The position numbers and the translations under genes are program-made. A stretch of DNA of 64,000 nucleotides from NCBI GenBank assembly GCA_003978765.1, contig QNYO01000025.1, positions 7,303 through 71,302 on the forward strand. Reading direction: 5' to 3'. Under the pieces are notes generated by a model that made no database searches, was not told the DNA's origin, and saw only the letters and a program-made list of their open reading frames with translations. Below, piece by piece: positions 19,928 through 32,033 of the stretch (position 1 is its first letter; each line of letters starts with the position of its first letter). This stretch comes from Hydrogenimonas sp. GTDB lineage: Bacteria > Campylobacterota > Campylobacteria > Campylobacterales > Hydrogenimonadaceae.

Positions 19928-20719
19928 TTACTTAATAGTAACTTGGGCATACATCCCAGGAAAGACTCGATACCCTTTATAATCGAATGAGACTTTCATT
20001 CTAAACTGGTGTGTCATCGGGTTAGAGCTTGGGATAATGGCATAGACTTCACCCTCTGTTTGATACCCAATCGAAGGAATAGAGACCGTCACCTTTTGCC
20101 CCACTTGAACATCTTTGAGGTTACTTTCAGAAATTTCAGTCATAATCTTCAAGCTACTCAAATCGGTCAAGATAATTGCTGGCATACCAGGAATTGCCAT
20201 CTCACCTGCTTTGATACGCTTTTCAACGACAACACCATCATTTGGCGCACGAACATCAAGATATTTGTACTGGTTAAGAACCTCTTTAAGTTTTGCTTTG
20301 GCTTGTTCAACCTGCTTTTGAGCAATCTCAATCATCGCTTTGGTATTTTCAGCCGCAAGTTGAAGGTTTTCCAACTCATACTTAGAGACCATCCCCTTTT
20401 TGAAAAGGCGCTCATGGCGTGCAAGGTTGGTCAAAATGTTGTTATACTGGTTACGGTTCATCTGGAGTGCCAACTCTGCTTGAGAGATAGCCAACTCAAC
20501 TTGAGATTTTGCACTATCGATCTCTTTAGAGTCGATTGTATAGAGTAGCTGTCCTTTTTTAACACGCTCTCCTTCAACCACATAGACCTTCTTAACAAAT
20601 CCCATATAACGGCTTGTCATCATCTTCTGATTATCAGAGACAACACTTCCTGTCAATGTCAAATCAGCAGCACCTACAATCGCGACAAAAAGCGTCATTA
20701 AAAGAGCAATCTTTTTCAT
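19928..20719 (-). CDS. RND periplasmic adaptor (membrane fusion protein)
   Basis: VVEGERVKKGQLL lipoyl half, coiled coil, RAPNDGVV, PGMYA. Confidence 0.92.
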   Translation of the reverse strand: MKKIALLMTLFVAIVGAADLTLTGSVVSDNQKMMTSRYMGFVKKVYVVEGERVKKGQLLYTIDSKEIDSAKSQVELAISQAELALQMNRNQYNNILTNLARHERLFKKGMVSKYELENLQLAAENTKAMIEIAQKQVEQAKAKLKEVLNQYKYLDVRAPNDGVVVEKRIKAGEMAIPGMPAIILTDLSSLKIMTEISESNLKDVQVGQKVTVSIPSIGYQTEGEVYAIIPSSNPMTHQFRMKVSFDYKGYRVFPGMYAQVTIK

Positions 20720-22137
20720 AGCATTCCTTTATTGATAATATTTTCAAGTTCAAAGACTTTGTTATTGCGTGCATTGCGTGTTTCAGCCAGTTTCAAAACG
20801 GCTTGAATCTCTTCGCTATTTTTTATAAGAACATCATTAATCGAAATCAACCCCTCTTTATAGCGGTTGTAGTAGTTCTCATAGACACGGCGTGCAAGTT
20901 TAACCTTCTCTTGCAGAGATTTAATATCATATTCACGACTCTTAATCTCTGTGATAATCTTATCGATTTTTAGCGCAATCCCCTTCTTGGCTAACTCAAC
21001 CTGATGGTGGGCTTTGAGATTTTGAATGCGTGCCTTTTCATAGTTGGCTTGATCGATGTAACCATTAAAGAGGTTCCACTTTAGCTGAACACCAACGGTA
21101 TAGGCATCTTTATCGGTAAAATCATTCATAAAGTTGTTATCCGCACTTCCATACTCAGCAAATGCACCCACTTGTGGATAGAAGTTGGCACGTTCCACAC
21201 CAACAGCCAAATCAGTGACCTCAAGTCCAAGGTGTGCTTTTTGAATATCGATATTGCGCTGAATCATCTCCTCTTTGCCCATCACTGGCATTGGAACATC
21301 TTTATCGGCGATAGAGACCGAACGGACTTCATCGTCAATAAGGAAGGATAGAAACTGATAGGCAAGATCACGATTGAGCTTGGCTTGGTTGAGCATACGA
21401 AGGACATCTGCCTTTTTTGACTGCACTTGAAGCAGATCGATATCGAGTGCATACCCCTCATGCACCATACTTGCAACCGTCTCTTCAAGCTCTTCGACAT
21501 TCTTTAAGATGATCTGCAAGTTTTTAATGTAACTATTAACCAGTGCAATATCGTAGAAGGTTTTGCGTGTTTGAAAGATCTTCTCATTCAAAACCTTCTG
21601 CTTATCAAGTCGGCTCATACGTGCCATATTCTCAGCGATCTTGCGATATTTGTTGAGTTTACCACCCACATAGAGAGGTACTTGGTACTGAAGCTTCTCT
21701 TGAAAATGGTTGCGGGCACCAGGATAGTTCAGATCACTGGGTGCTGTATTAAGAAGTTGATTTTGCATCGCTGGATCTGACATAACCGTGGTAAACTGAC
21801 TAAAATCTCCTCCTGCTACTTGAAGAGCCTGTCCAACACCACCAAGAAAATCTGAAAATCCAAAATCTCTAAATGTTGCTTCCCGACTCTGCAACTTAAA
21901 CCCAAAGACATTGCCTGCATCATTCGAACGCAAGGCATTGACAACAAGATTGAGTTGACCAAAGTTATACCCTTTTGCAACTTTGGCATCGAGTGTTTTC
22001 ATCTCAATCTCATCTTCTGCAACCTTAATTTCAAGGTTGTTTTGCTTCACTAACTTGAGTGCACGATCGAGCGTTAAATGCTCTTGCACTGCAAAAAGAG
22101 GCAAAGCCAAAGCCATTGCCAACAGCGTCTTCTTCAT
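20716..22137 (-). CDS. TolC family outer membrane efflux protein
   Basis: Signal peptide, YQVPLYVGGK, FYPQV, WNLFNG motifs; first gene of the RND operon. Confidence 0.9.
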   Translation of the reverse strand: MKKTLLAMALALPLFAVQEHLTLDRALKLVKQNNLEIKVAEDEIEMKTLDAKVAKGYNFGQLNLVVNALRSNDAGNVFGFKLQSREATFRDFGFSDFLGGVGQALQVAGGDFSQFTTVMSDPAMQNQLLNTAPSDLNYPGARNHFQEKLQYQVPLYVGGKLNKYRKIAENMARMSRLDKQKVLNEKIFQTRKTFYDIALVNSYIKNLQIILKNVEELEETVASMVHEGYALDIDLLQVQSKKADVLRMLNQAKLNRDLAYQFLSFLIDDEVRSVSIADKDVPMPVMGKEEMIQRNIDIQKAHLGLEVTDLAVGVERANFYPQVGAFAEYGSADNNFMNDFTDKDAYTVGVQLKWNLFNGYIDQANYEKARIQNLKAHHQVELAKKGIALKIDKIITEIKSREYDIKSLQEKVKLARRVYENYYNRYKEGLISINDVLIKNSEEIQAVLKLAETRNARNNKVFELENIINKGML

Positions 22138-22233
22138 ACCCACTCCTTTGACGATAAAAGTCATCTATTGTACAACAATGTAGGGGAATTATACTTGAGT
22201 AAATTTAAAGTTATATTATTTATAAGTTGAAGT

Positions 22234-22256
22234 TATCAAGGCACGAGGCCTTGATA
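22234..22256 (-). terminator. Hairpin after serA (probable terminator)
   Basis: TATCAAGGC-acgag-GCCTTGATA perfect 9-bp stem just after the serA stop. Confidence 0.6.
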
Positions 22257-22266
22257 GGAAGAGAAG

Positions 22267-23853
22267 TTAGAGAATAACGTACTTCACGTAGAGTGAAGCT
22301 TCAAGTGATTCAAGTTCTTTTAAGAGCTCTTCATTCACATCATTATCAACAAGAATAACTGCCAAAGCACGACCAGATTTATCACGTCCAAGTCTAAAGT
22401 CGGCAATATTGACATGGTGTTTTGCCAAAATCTGTCCCACATCACCAATAACACCTGGAACATCTGTATTTTTAAAGAGGATCATGCGACCTTTTGGTTC
22501 TACATCGAGTGCAAAGCCATTGATCTCTACAATGCGTTGTACATCATCGTTAAAGATGGTCCCTGCAATTTCGATAATCTCTTTCTCAGTTGTGAGGCGC
22601 AGACGAATAATATTTTTATAAGCTCCTGCTGTCGGTGAAGACTCTTTTTGAACATCAATACCACGCTCTTTAGCAACAAAGTCGGCATTAACATAGTTAA
22701 TCGTCTCACCCAAAGACTCTTTGAGTGCACCAACTGTTGCAAAAGTTGCCAATGAGTCGATATACTTACCAATCTCTCCATTGCCAACCACTTTAAGCGA
22801 TTTAATCGCCCCTTTATTGGCTTGTGCGGCAAGGAAACCGATCTTTTGCATCAGATCAAGATAAGGCTTCACAAATTCAGGAATCTCATTCTCACGGATT
22901 GGAAGGTTCAAGGCATTTGGATAGCTGATCCCACGTGCTGCATCGAGTGCCTGCTGTGCCGCTTGGGTTGCAATTTTGTATTGAGACTCATAGGTGTTGG
23001 CACCAAGGTGTGGTGTAACAGTCACATTGTCAAGCTCTAAGAGTGGATGGTCTGTTGCTGGCTCTTTAACAAAAACATCGATACCAGCAAAGCGAATCTT
23101 ACCGCTTTTGAGTCCTTCAAGAAGTGCCTCTTCATCATAGAGACCACCACGAGCACAGTTGATAAGTACCACACCATCTTTCATCTTCTCAATCTCTTTT
23201 TTACCGATCATACCGATCGTCTCTTGCGTCTTTGGTGTGTGTATCGTAATAATGTCACACGCAAGAATATCATCAAAGTTGGTGGTATATTCAACACCCA
23301 AATCGGTCGCTTTGCTTGGATCGATATATGGGTCGTAGGCAATAACATCCATCTCAAAAGCTTTGGCACGCTTACCAACACGGCTTCCAATATTTCCGAA
23401 ACCGATAATACCAAGCTTCTTATCTTTAAGCTCATAGCCATACCACTTCTCACGCTTCCAGATACGGTCATGCTTCAAGTGGTTATGGGCATATGGGAAG
23501 GCACGCATACATGAGAGCATATGTGCCATTGTCAACTCAACTGCTGCAATGGTATTGGCAGTTGGAACATTCATAACGATGATACCACGTTTGCTACACC
23601 CATCAATATCGACATTATCGACACCAACACCTGCACGAACGAGTGCTTTGAGGTTGGTTGCCGCATTCAAAAATGCTTCATTAACCTCTGTAGAACTTCG
23701 TGTAATAACAACATCAGCTTGACCAACAACCTTTAAGAGCTCATCTTTGGGTAGGTCAGCCGCATTGATATAGTTAATATCCGGTTGGGATTCAAGCATT
23801 TTGAGACCACTTTCATGAATATGGTCACATACCATAATTGTATGCTTCTGCAT
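22267..23853 (-). CDS. serA: D-3-phosphoglycerate dehydrogenase
   Basis: RAGVGVDNVD, GFGNIG, NCARGG, TPHLGA; C-terminal ACT domain. Confidence 0.96.
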   Translation of the reverse strand: MQKHTIMVCDHIHESGLKMLESQPDINYINAADLPKDELLKVVGQADVVITRSSTEVNEAFLNAATNLKALVRAGVGVDNVDIDGCSKRGIIVMNVPTANTIAAVELTMAHMLSCMRAFPYAHNHLKHDRIWKREKWYGYELKDKKLGIIGFGNIGSRVGKRAKAFEMDVIAYDPYIDPSKATDLGVEYTTNFDDILACDIITIHTPKTQETIGMIGKKEIEKMKDGVVLINCARGGLYDEEALLEGLKSGKIRFAGIDVFVKEPATDHPLLELDNVTVTPHLGANTYESQYKIATQAAQQALDAARGISYPNALNLPIRENEIPEFVKPYLDLMQKIGFLAAQANKGAIKSLKVVGNGEIGKYIDSLATFATVGALKESLGETINYVNADFVAKERGIDVQKESSPTAGAYKNIIRLRLTTEKEIIEIAGTIFNDDVQRIVEINGFALDVEPKGRMILFKNTDVPGVIGDVGQILAKHHVNIADFRLGRDKSGRALAVILVDNDVNEELLKELESLEASLYVKYVIL

Positions 23854-23854
23854 C

Positions 23855-24352
23855 CTAATCCTTTGTATAATTTTCTATCTTTGTTTTGATATTATAGCCA
23901 TGTATGATCTTAAGGAGACGCTCTAATGCCGGGCGTTCAAGATCATGCACCATCAAAACACCATTCTTCTCTTTGCGAAACATAGAAAACTTGATCTTTT
24001 CTTGGGTAAGAAGTTGTCTAATACAGAACATTTTGTAGTTATCTAAGTCACTCAAGGTAATCCGAAAAGATTGTTTGATTTTCGGGTCTGTTTTGAGAGG
24101 GAGTTCAAACTCCATTTCACTCACAGCATAGCTAAAAGAGGGGCGCTTAGTATGCGCCATCTCTTTTAACCAACTTTGTGTTGATGAGTGATTGACATCT
24201 TCTGAAGAACGGCTAAACTCATACGATAGAGGCTCAGAGCTCTGAACCTCAAGAGGCTGGCTCTGTGCCGCATATCGATAGAGTAGTATAAGTAAGATGG
24301 TGACTGATACTGTTGAAACAGTCCCAAACAGGGTTATCAACAGCCGATTCAT
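23855..24352 (-). CDS. Conserved membrane-anchored hypothetical protein
   Basis: N-terminal TM helix; lies between rpsA and serA as in Campylobacter. Confidence 0.7.
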   Translation of the reverse strand: MNRLLITLFGTVSTVSVTILLILLYRYAAQSQPLEVQSSEPLSYEFSRSSEDVNHSSTQSWLKEMAHTKRPSFSYAVSEMEFELPLKTDPKIKQSFRITLSDLDNYKMFCIRQLLTQEKIKFSMFRKEKNGVLMVHDLERPALERLLKIIHGYNIKTKIENYTKD

Positions 24353-24361
24353 CGCAAAGAC

Positions 24362-26029
24362 TTACAGCTGATCTTTAATGATGTCCCCGATTGTCAGACG
24401 ATCTTCACTGTTATTGAATTCATTCAGTGCATCACGCTCTTTCTGACGCTCAAGTCTTCGAACAGAGAGTCGGATTTTATTTGATGCAGGATCGAGCATA
24501 ACGATCACACCCTCAATCTCATCTCCCTTGTTCAATTCATCCATATTTAATGGAGAGACATCCTCTTTTCGAATCAAGGCATCAACGCCATCTTCAAGCT
24601 CAACAAAGACACCAAAATCTTTAACATCGCGGATATTACCCTTTACGATGTCACCCACTTTGTGTGCTTTGGCGAAACGGTCGATTGGACTCTCTTCAAG
24701 TGCTTTTTTGCTCAAGCTGATACGCTCTTGCTCTGGGTCAATTTTGATAATCTTAACTTCGACTTCATCGCCTTTGTTAAGAATATCTTTTGCTTTTGCA
24801 CCCTTTTGCCAAGAGATATCTTGATTATGCAACAATCCTTCAACTTTACCGATACGTACAAATGCACCAAAATCTGTCAATGTTGTGACAGTACCTGTAA
24901 CAACATCACCCTCTTTGTATGACTGCAAGAACTCTTCAAATGGTTTTGGTTGAAGGTTTTTATAAGAGACACGGAGTCGGCGTGTTTCTGGATTGATCTC
25001 GATCACTTCAACATCGATCTCATCACCGACACTGAGGTAATCTTTTGGATTTTTGATATCTTTATCCCAAGATACCTCTGAAACGTGAAGGAACCCTTCA
25101 ATATCGTTTCCAAGATCAACAAATGCACCGTATGGCTCAATATTGCTAACGGTAACTTTAATAGCATCACCCTCTTCGAGCTGTTCAATAATCTCTTCCC
25201 AAGGATCAGGCATGGTTTGCTTGATCGACAATGAGAGGTGACGTTTTTTAGGATCATAACCGATCGCTTTGACTTCAACACGATCACCCTCTTCGTAGAG
25301 AGTTGCAGGGTTGACAGGACCTTTGTAGCTAATTTCACTATAGTGAACAAGCCCTTCGATACCGCCAACATCAACAAACATACCGTAGCTTGTAATCTTT
25401 TTGATCGTACCTTCGACGATCTTATCCTCTTCCATCAACTTGTCAACAATCTCTTTACGCTCTTTACGAAGCTTATCGAGATACTTTCTTCTTGAAACGA
25501 CAATTGAGTCACGCTCTTTATCAAGCTTAAGAACAATCGCCTTAATCTCTTTGCCAATTGGGTTTTTACCTACAGCAAAAGCTGCTTGACTCATTGGCAT
25601 AAAGAACTCAACATTATCTTGACCGATGACAAAGTAGCCACCTCGATTTTTGCGGACCACTTTTCCTTCGATCACCATATTTTCAGCATCATTCTCATGC
25701 TCTTCGATAAACTTGCGAACGCTTACTTTGCGAATTGCTTTGAGATACGATGCTTGTGGTCGCTCATTGCGATACCCTGTGATCACGACAGGAATTGTAT
25801 CACCGACATTAAACTTGATATTTCCCTCTTCATCTCTTAGTTCATCCAAGTTTACTGCCGCTTCTTGCTTACGACCAACATCAACAAGTGCCTGATTGTC
25901 ATTTTCACGAATCTCAACAATTACACCGTCTGTTATACTTCCGCCTTGCTCCTTTTTCTCATACGCGTCTAGCATTGACGCGAAATCTTCCTCCATGTTC
26001 TCAAACTCTTCCATTGAGGCCTTATCCAT
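24362..26029 (-). CDS. rpsA: 30S ribosomal protein S1
   Basis: Repeated S1 domains (YGMFVD, YGAFVD, FGAFV, FGVFVE). Confidence 0.97.
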   Translation of the reverse strand: MDKASMEEFENMEEDFASMLDAYEKKEQGGSITDGVIVEIRENDNQALVDVGRKQEAAVNLDELRDEEGNIKFNVGDTIPVVITGYRNERPQASYLKAIRKVSVRKFIEEHENDAENMVIEGKVVRKNRGGYFVIGQDNVEFFMPMSQAAFAVGKNPIGKEIKAIVLKLDKERDSIVVSRRKYLDKLRKERKEIVDKLMEEDKIVEGTIKKITSYGMFVDVGGIEGLVHYSEISYKGPVNPATLYEEGDRVEVKAIGYDPKKRHLSLSIKQTMPDPWEEIIEQLEEGDAIKVTVSNIEPYGAFVDLGNDIEGFLHVSEVSWDKDIKNPKDYLSVGDEIDVEVIEINPETRRLRVSYKNLQPKPFEEFLQSYKEGDVVTGTVTTLTDFGAFVRIGKVEGLLHNQDISWQKGAKAKDILNKGDEVEVKIIKIDPEQERISLSKKALEESPIDRFAKAHKVGDIVKGNIRDVKDFGVFVELEDGVDALIRKEDVSPLNMDELNKGDEIEGVIVMLDPASNKIRLSVRRLERQKERDALNEFNNSEDRLTIGDIIKDQL

Positions 26030-26062
26030 ACCTGATTCCTTTTCCGATTTTAAAGTCCCATA

Positions 26063-26893
26063 TTATACTTTAAATTCTCTTATTTTTGCAATAATTTCTT
26101 CAATAATCCACTCCGGTGTTGAAGCACCGGCAGTAATACCACACAGTTTTTTCTGTTCAAACCAGCTCTTTTGCAGTTCATCTTTCGATTCAATATGGTA
26201 AGAGTCTGGACAGAACTTTTTACAAATCGAGTGGAGCTGTTTGGTATTTGAAGACTGTTTACCACCCACGACAATCATCACATCAGCTCTTTGGGCAAGC
26301 TCTCTTGCCGCATCTTGATTCTCAAAGGTGGCATTACAGATTGTATTAAAGACACGCACCTCTTTGTAACGAGGAATGAGGTAGTTGACAATCTGGTTAT
26401 ACTCTTCAATTTTGCGTGTTGTCTGTGCTACCACAGCCACTCGCTCTTTGAGTGTCAACCCTTCAAGCTCTTCAACACTTAAGACCGCATAGACAGGTCC
26501 TACCGCATAGCTCATCACCCCTTTAATCTCAGGGTGATTCACATCACCAAAAATGACAATGTCATACCCCTCTTGACTCATCTCTTCGACAATCTGTTGG
26601 GGCTTGGTCACAAATGGACAGGTGGCATCGATCACTTCACCACCTTTGGCTTTCAAACGCTCCAAATCATTTTTTGGGATCCCATGCGTTCGAATGACGG
26701 TCGCTTGCCCTGGCTGAATATCATCCAAAGAGTTCGCCAAAGAGACATTAAAGTTCTTTTGCAGACGCTCAATCTCCAAATTGTTATGGATCAGAGGACC
26801 TAGTGTTGAACTCCCCGGATTCTCTTCAGCGATTTTAATGGCACGCTTTACACCAAAACAGAAGCCATAGTTTTTTGCTAACTCTATCTCCAT
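26063..26893 (-). CDS. ispH: 4-hydroxy-3-methylbut-2-enyl diphosphate reductase
   Basis: [35 protein letters not shown]. Confidence 0.97.
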   Translation of the reverse strand: MEIELAKNYGFCFGVKRAIKIAEENPGSSTLGPLIHNNLEIERLQKNFNVSLANSLDDIQPGQATVIRTHGIPKNDLERLKAKGGEVIDATCPFVTKPQQIVEEMSQEGYDIVIFGDVNHPEIKGVMSYAVGPVYAVLSVEELEGLTLKERVAVVAQTTRKIEEYNQIVNYLIPRYKEVRVFNTICNATFENQDAARELAQRADVMIVVGGKQSSNTKQLHSICKKFCPDSYHIESKDELQKSWFEQKKLCGITAGASTPEWIIEEIIAKIREFKV

Positions 26894-28170
26894 GTCGCTA
26901 CCTCTGTCAATCTACCCAAAAGCTCAATAAAATTTGGGAATGATGTCTCAATACAGTCGATATCTTTAATCGTCATGTCAGCCAACAGACCAGCAATAGC
27001 AAAACTCATCGCAATACGATGATCACCATAACTATCAATCTCAGCCGATTGTATCACACCACCTTGAATTCTGTAACCATCATCGGTTTCACTACATGTA
27101 ATACCACACGCTTTTAAGCCATGAATGACACTGCTGATACGATCCGACTCTTTAACACGAAGCTCTTCAGCATTTTTGACAACACTCTCACCCTCAGCGA
27201 CAGCCATCGCGATAGAGAGTGCTGGAAGTTCATCGATGAGCCATGAGATACGTTCACTCACCTCAACTGCTTGGAGTGGACCGTTATAGGTGATAGTGAT
27301 ATCACCAATCGGTTCATAGCGATCCTCTTTTTGCTCAAGTTCCACCTTAGCACCCATCTTCTTCAAGACTTGATAGGCTTCGATACGTGTTGGATTGAGT
27401 GTCACATCTTTAATGACAACACGGCTTCCTGGAACAATTGCCGCAGCAACTGCAAAGAAGAAACCACTTGATGGGTCCGCTGGTACGGTAATATCGAGTG
27501 GTTCCAACGGTGTACGCATCGGCTCAATTGTAATCGTATCCCAACTCTCAATATTGGCACCCATACCTCGCAACATCCGTTCCGTATGGTCTCGACTCAA
27601 CTCTGGTTCACGATAGGTTGATATCCCATCTGCTCTAAGGGCTGCAAGAATCATTGCACTCTTCACTTGTGCCGAGGCGATCGAACTCTCATATTGAAAG
27701 GATCGCAACTTCTCACCACGAATTGAAAGGGGTGCAAGGTTGCCATCTTCTCGACCATCGATTTTTGCACCAATCTGTGTCAATGGCTTGGTAACACGCT
27801 TCATCGGTCGTCGTCTTAGATACTTATCACCTGTTAAGACATAGTGTCCAGGCAGTGCGCTTAAAAATCCACAAAAAAGACGCATCGCCGTCCCTGAGTT
27901 TCCGCAGTCAAGCACATTATCCGGTTCTTTGAGCTTTTGAGGTGGTGTGATGGTGAGCTTATCACCATCATCTTCAACCTCTGCACCAAGCTGTTTGACA
28001 ATTTCAAGGGTATTAAGCGTATCTTCTGCTCGCAGATAGTTACGGATATGGCTAGGGCGATCACTCAATAAAGAGAACATCGCACAACGATGTGAGATCG
28101 ACTTATCGCTTGCAATCTGATCACAGACAAACTCAAAAGGCTTTGCCCTTGCTACTTTTAGCCACTTCAT
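26884..28170 (-). CDS. aroA: EPSP synthase
   Basis: [44 protein letters not shown]. Confidence 0.97.
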   Translation of the reverse strand: MKWLKVARAKPFEFVCDQIASDKSISHRCAMFSLLSDRPSHIRNYLRAEDTLNTLEIVKQLGAEVEDDGDKLTITPPQKLKEPDNVLDCGNSGTAMRLFCGFLSALPGHYVLTGDKYLRRRPMKRVTKPLTQIGAKIDGREDGNLAPLSIRGEKLRSFQYESSIASAQVKSAMILAALRADGISTYREPELSRDHTERMLRGMGANIESWDTITIEPMRTPLEPLDITVPADPSSGFFFAVAAAIVPGSRVVIKDVTLNPTRIEAYQVLKKMGAKVELEQKEDRYEPIGDITITYNGPLQAVEVSERISWLIDELPALSIAMAVAEGESVVKNAEELRVKESDRISSVIHGLKACGITCSETDDGYRIQGGVIQSAEIDSYGDHRIAMSFAIAGLLADMTIKDIDCIETSFPNFIELLGRLTEVATWR

Positions 28171-30500
28171 CGTAGTTTCGCTCCACATGCAGTTTCAAGC
28201 CGTTTTAAGACCTCATCCATAATGGCATTGATCTCACCCTCTTCTAAGGTCTTCTCCATCGATGAGATAACAAATCGAAGTGTCAAACTCATCAAATCAC
28301 CGAGTGATTCATCAACATAGCGGTCAATTGGGTAGAACTGCTTCACAGTTTCAGGCAGATACCCATCAAGTGCGCTACGAATCTCTGTATAGCTCATTGT
28401 TTGTGGTACCACAATACTCATATCTCGCTGAACTGGAGTATAGGCACTGATTGCTTCAGCAAGTGTATGTTTGCGTACCAGTTTAGAAACATCGATCTCT
28501 GCAAAGAAGGTCTCTGGTAGATCATAATCTTCTGCAACCGTTGGATGGAGTTTGCTTACAATACCCACCTTTTGACCATCCATCCAGATTTCAGCTGACT
28601 GGTATGGGTGCATCAAACGATTCTCTGCTGTCGCCTTTTTCAACTCAAAGTGACCAATAACTGCCGCGACTTTATCCACAAAGGTCGTAAAGTCGATCAT
28701 CGCAGGTTTACCAGCATTTGAAACTGCTTCCATCTCCTTCTCTCCAGCATAGGCAAAGAGAAGATGTTCAGACTCATTGCGATCGGTATCAAAGACCTTT
28801 CCAATCTCAAAGAGTGGAATACGCTTTTTGGACATATTGACATTGCGTTGCAATGCATCGAGCATCGTCACCATCAATGATGGACGCAAGCCATCCATCT
28901 CATTGGTAATCGGATTGAGCAGAGCTTTTTCATCTTTAATCGGCTCAAAGCCTAAAGATGTAACCGTTTTATTGTCGCAGAAGACATAGTGAACCGTTTC
29001 AAAAAAGCCGTTTGCCACAGCCTTAAGACGAATATCACGCAGATACTTATAGCGTTGCATCGCTTCAGTTGTTCGATTCGCCTCTTCAAAGTGAAGCGGT
29101 TTAGATACGATATTGTCGATGCCAATGATGCGTACAATCTCTTCGATCACATCTTGCCGATTCTCAATATCGTGTCTAAAAGAAGGGGTATCGAGGATAA
29201 TCTCGCCATCTTCTGTTTTATGGATTGTAAATCCAAGACGGCTTAAGATATTGACGGCTTGCGAAAGCTCAATACTCTGCCCAATCAGACGATTGATCTC
29301 ATCAATCGAAATTTTGAGTGCACATGTCGCTTTAGGCGTAATAAACTCACTACACTCTGCATAGACTTCAGCTTGCGCATGCTGACTCAAAAGGCTAAGC
29401 AGATAGTTCAAACCAAATGTTAAATCGGGCTCACTACCACGTGATGTACGATAGTAGAGTGCATCGGTCTTTAAGCCCTCTTTTTTAACGGCTGGTGCGA
29501 TAATCTCTGGTGCGGTATAGCTTGCTTCAAACAGTACAACACCCTTATCACCATCAGCTTTAAGTGTCTCATCTTGATGAATACCGATAATTGACCCAAT
29601 CTTTCCATCATACTCAATAGCACCAAGACGATGATCAAGCTCTTTGAGCACAAGCTTCGCCTTCTCTTGACCCTTTGAGAGTTTCGAGAAGTTATAGTGG
29701 CGCAAAATGACACCTGTGGTATGAATCGTATAGTTAAAGAGAGCATCAATCGCACTTTCTGCTGCCTCTTCAATCATGGCTAAGCGCAATTTGATCAACA
29801 AAGGCACCTGCAAACTCTTCAAATTGACAGCACGATAGATGAGTGAAACAGGTGGATTACCATCATGCATAAATTGTAAAATACGCCCAATACCAAGATG
29901 GTTATTCTCATCTTGCTTGCACTCAAATGATTTCATAGATCGATCAAAACCGACAGCCAGTTCGCGTGCCACACCATGAATACTCAAACAGTCACCACGG
30001 TTTGCTGTCAGCTCAATTTCGATCATATCATCATTGAGAAGTGGATAGTCACGCAACTCTTTACCAAGCTCAAGCTCTCCAATACTCTCATCAAGCTCTA
30101 AAATACCATCTTCGATTTTAGGGAGTCCAAGCTCTGTACTTGAACAGACCATTCCATCGCTCTCAACCCCTCTAAGTTTGGCATGCTTAATCTTCATACC
30201 ATTGGGCATCACAGCACCGATGGTGGCAACAGCGACATAGAGCCCCTCACGAATATTTTTTGCACCACAAACAATCTGACGTGTCGCAGTACCAAGATCG
30301 ATCTGACAGACACTCAACTTATCAGCATCGGGATGCTTTTCGCACGACTTGACATAACCAACAACAATCTTTTCTGGTACACGAAACTGTGTGACACTAT
30401 CAACTTCTAATCCAATACTATTGAGTTTTTTACAAATCTCATCGGTCGTAATACCCTCTAAATCGACCCACTCTTGTAACCAATTACGTGTAACTATCAT
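28167..30500 (-). CDS. pheT: Phenylalanine-tRNA ligase beta subunit
   Basis: HPDADKL, IVCGAKN, NRGDCLS..GVARE, C-terminal FDX-ACB domain. Confidence 0.96.
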   Translation of the reverse strand: MIVTRNWLQEWVDLEGITTDEICKKLNSIGLEVDSVTQFRVPEKIVVGYVKSCEKHPDADKLSVCQIDLGTATRQIVCGAKNIREGLYVAVATIGAVMPNGMKIKHAKLRGVESDGMVCSSTELGLPKIEDGILELDESIGELELGKELRDYPLLNDDMIEIELTANRGDCLSIHGVARELAVGFDRSMKSFECKQDENNHLGIGRILQFMHDGNPPVSLIYRAVNLKSLQVPLLIKLRLAMIEEAAESAIDALFNYTIHTTGVILRHYNFSKLSKGQEKAKLVLKELDHRLGAIEYDGKIGSIIGIHQDETLKADGDKGVVLFEASYTAPEIIAPAVKKEGLKTDALYYRTSRGSEPDLTFGLNYLLSLLSQHAQAEVYAECSEFITPKATCALKISIDEINRLIGQSIELSQAVNILSRLGFTIHKTEDGEIILDTPSFRHDIENRQDVIEEIVRIIGIDNIVSKPLHFEEANRTTEAMQRYKYLRDIRLKAVANGFFETVHYVFCDNKTVTSLGFEPIKDEKALLNPITNEMDGLRPSLMVTMLDALQRNVNMSKKRIPLFEIGKVFDTDRNESEHLLFAYAGEKEMEAVSNAGKPAMIDFTTFVDKVAAVIGHFELKKATAENRLMHPYQSAEIWMDGQKVGIVSKLHPTVAEDYDLPETFFAEIDVSKLVRKHTLAEAISAYTPVQRDMSIVVPQTMSYTEIRSALDGYLPETVKQFYPIDRYVDESLGDLMSLTLRFVISSMEKTLEEGEINAIMDEVLKRLETACGAKLR

Positions 30501-31489
30501 TGAAACTGCTCCAACAAACGAAGATCCCCTTCAAACAAAGATCGCAAATCAGGAATCTGGTGCATAAGCATCGCAAATCGCTCAACACCGAGTCCAAACG
30601 CATAACCACTCACATTTTCATAACCGACCGCTTTAAAGACATTAGGATCAACCATGCCACATCCTAATACCTCAAGCCATCCTGTATGTGAACAGACACG
30701 GCACCCTTTACCCTTACAGAAGATACAGCTAATATCTACCTCTGCCGAAGGCTCTGTGAATGGAAAGAAGCTTGGTCTAAACCGAACATCGACATCACCA
30801 AACATCGTATGGAGAAAATCTTCCAAAATCCACTTCAAGTTAGCAAATGAGACTTTGCCCTCCTCATCCACCATCAAACCTTCAACCTGATGGAATTGTG
30901 GGGTATGGGTCAAGTCAAAATCTCTACGGAAAACCGCACCTGGACTAATCATGCGGATAGGTGGCTTTTGCTGCATCATGGTGCGAATCTGAACCGGTGA
31001 GGTATGGGTTCTTAGCAGTGTGCCATCTTTAAAGTAGAAGGTATCTTGCATATCACGGGCTGGATGGTAGTCTGGAAGGTTGAGTGCTTCAAAGTTATGG
31101 AACTCATCCTCCACCAATGGTCCCGTTTCAACAGAGAAGTTGAAAGAGACAAAGTAGTCGATAATGCGATCCATCGTATGCATCACAGGATGCAATGCAC
31201 CACTTTGTGGTCTTGGGGTATAGAGTGACACATCAATCGCTTCTGCTTGAAGCCGTTTTTGAAGCTCTAAGGCATCAAGCTCCGCTTTTTTCTCATCATA
31301 GGCTTTGGTTAACGCCTGTTTAAGAAGGTTCAACTCTTTGGCAACTTTTGGTTTCTCTTCAGGCGGGACACTCTTCATATTGGCAAAAGCTTTTGCAAGC
31401 TCCCCCTTCTTGCCAAAAATCGCAATACGCAACGACTCGAGTTCATCAAGTGTTCCGGCCGATCTAATTTTATCGATCCAATTCTCCAC
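30497..31489 (-). CDS. pheS: Phenylalanine-tRNA ligase alpha subunit
   Basis: [38 protein letters not shown] start after AAGGA. Confidence 0.96.
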   Translation of the reverse strand: MENWIDKIRSAGTLDELESLRIAIFGKKGELAKAFANMKSVPPEEKPKVAKELNLLKQALTKAYDEKKAELDALELQKRLQAEAIDVSLYTPRPQSGALHPVMHTMDRIIDYFVSFNFSVETGPLVEDEFHNFEALNLPDYHPARDMQDTFYFKDGTLLRTHTSPVQIRTMMQQKPPIRMISPGAVFRRDFDLTHTPQFHQVEGLMVDEEGKVSFANLKWILEDFLHTMFGDVDVRFRPSFFPFTEPSAEVDISCIFCKGKGCRVCSHTGWLEVLGCGMVDPNVFKAVGYENVSGYAFGLGVERFAMLMHQIPDLRSLFEGDLRLLEQFQ

Positions 31490-31639
31490 AATGTTTCCTT
31501 GAGACGGGATTGAAAGAGTCCATGACAAATGTATGGACCCCTCTTTTTATATTGTAGGGATTGTATAACAAACTTCATTAAGTCCCAGTAAAAAGGCAAC
31601 TTTGGTATAATGAGGGAAAAAATAGAGGAGTTATTCAAA

Positions 31640-31996
31640 ATGTGTATATTCTGCCAAATCGTGAAAGGTGAAATTCCATCGAACAAAGTCTTAGAGGATG
31701 AAGAGTTTATCGCATTTCATGACATCAATCCTGTTGCCCCTGTCCATATCTTGATTATCCCTAAAGTGCATGTGGAGAATTTCCAATCGGTCTCACCGGA
31801 GTTGATGGCAAAGATGACACCATTTATTCAAAGGGTTGCTAAAGAGCTATGCTTAGATAAAGCGGGGTATCGCCTTGTCACCAATAATGGTCATGATGGT
31901 GGACAAGAGGTTGGGCATCTTCACTTTCATCTGCTCGGTGGTGCCAGACTTAAATGGACACACCTTACAGACAACGATACCCACAAAAGTCTCTAA
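31640..31996 (+). CDS. HIT family nucleotide-binding protein
   Basis: CIFC, HILIIP, HLHFH triad; TGGTATAAT promoter at 31603-31611. Confidence 0.94.
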   Translation: MCIFCQIVKGEIPSNKVLEDEEFIAFHDINPVAPVHILIIPKVHVENFQSVSPELMAKMTPFIQRVAKELCLDKAGYRLVTNNGHDGGQEVGHLHFHLLGGARLKWTHLTDNDTHKSL

Positions 31997-32000
31997 TCAC

Positions 32001-32024
32001 TTCGGCAGTCATTAGACTGCCGAA
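32001..32024. terminator. Bidirectional terminator hairpin
   Basis: TTCGGCAGTC-atta-GACTGCCGAA perfect 10-bp stem between convergent HIT and argH. Confidence 0.75.
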
Positions 32025-32033
32025 TAGGTAACA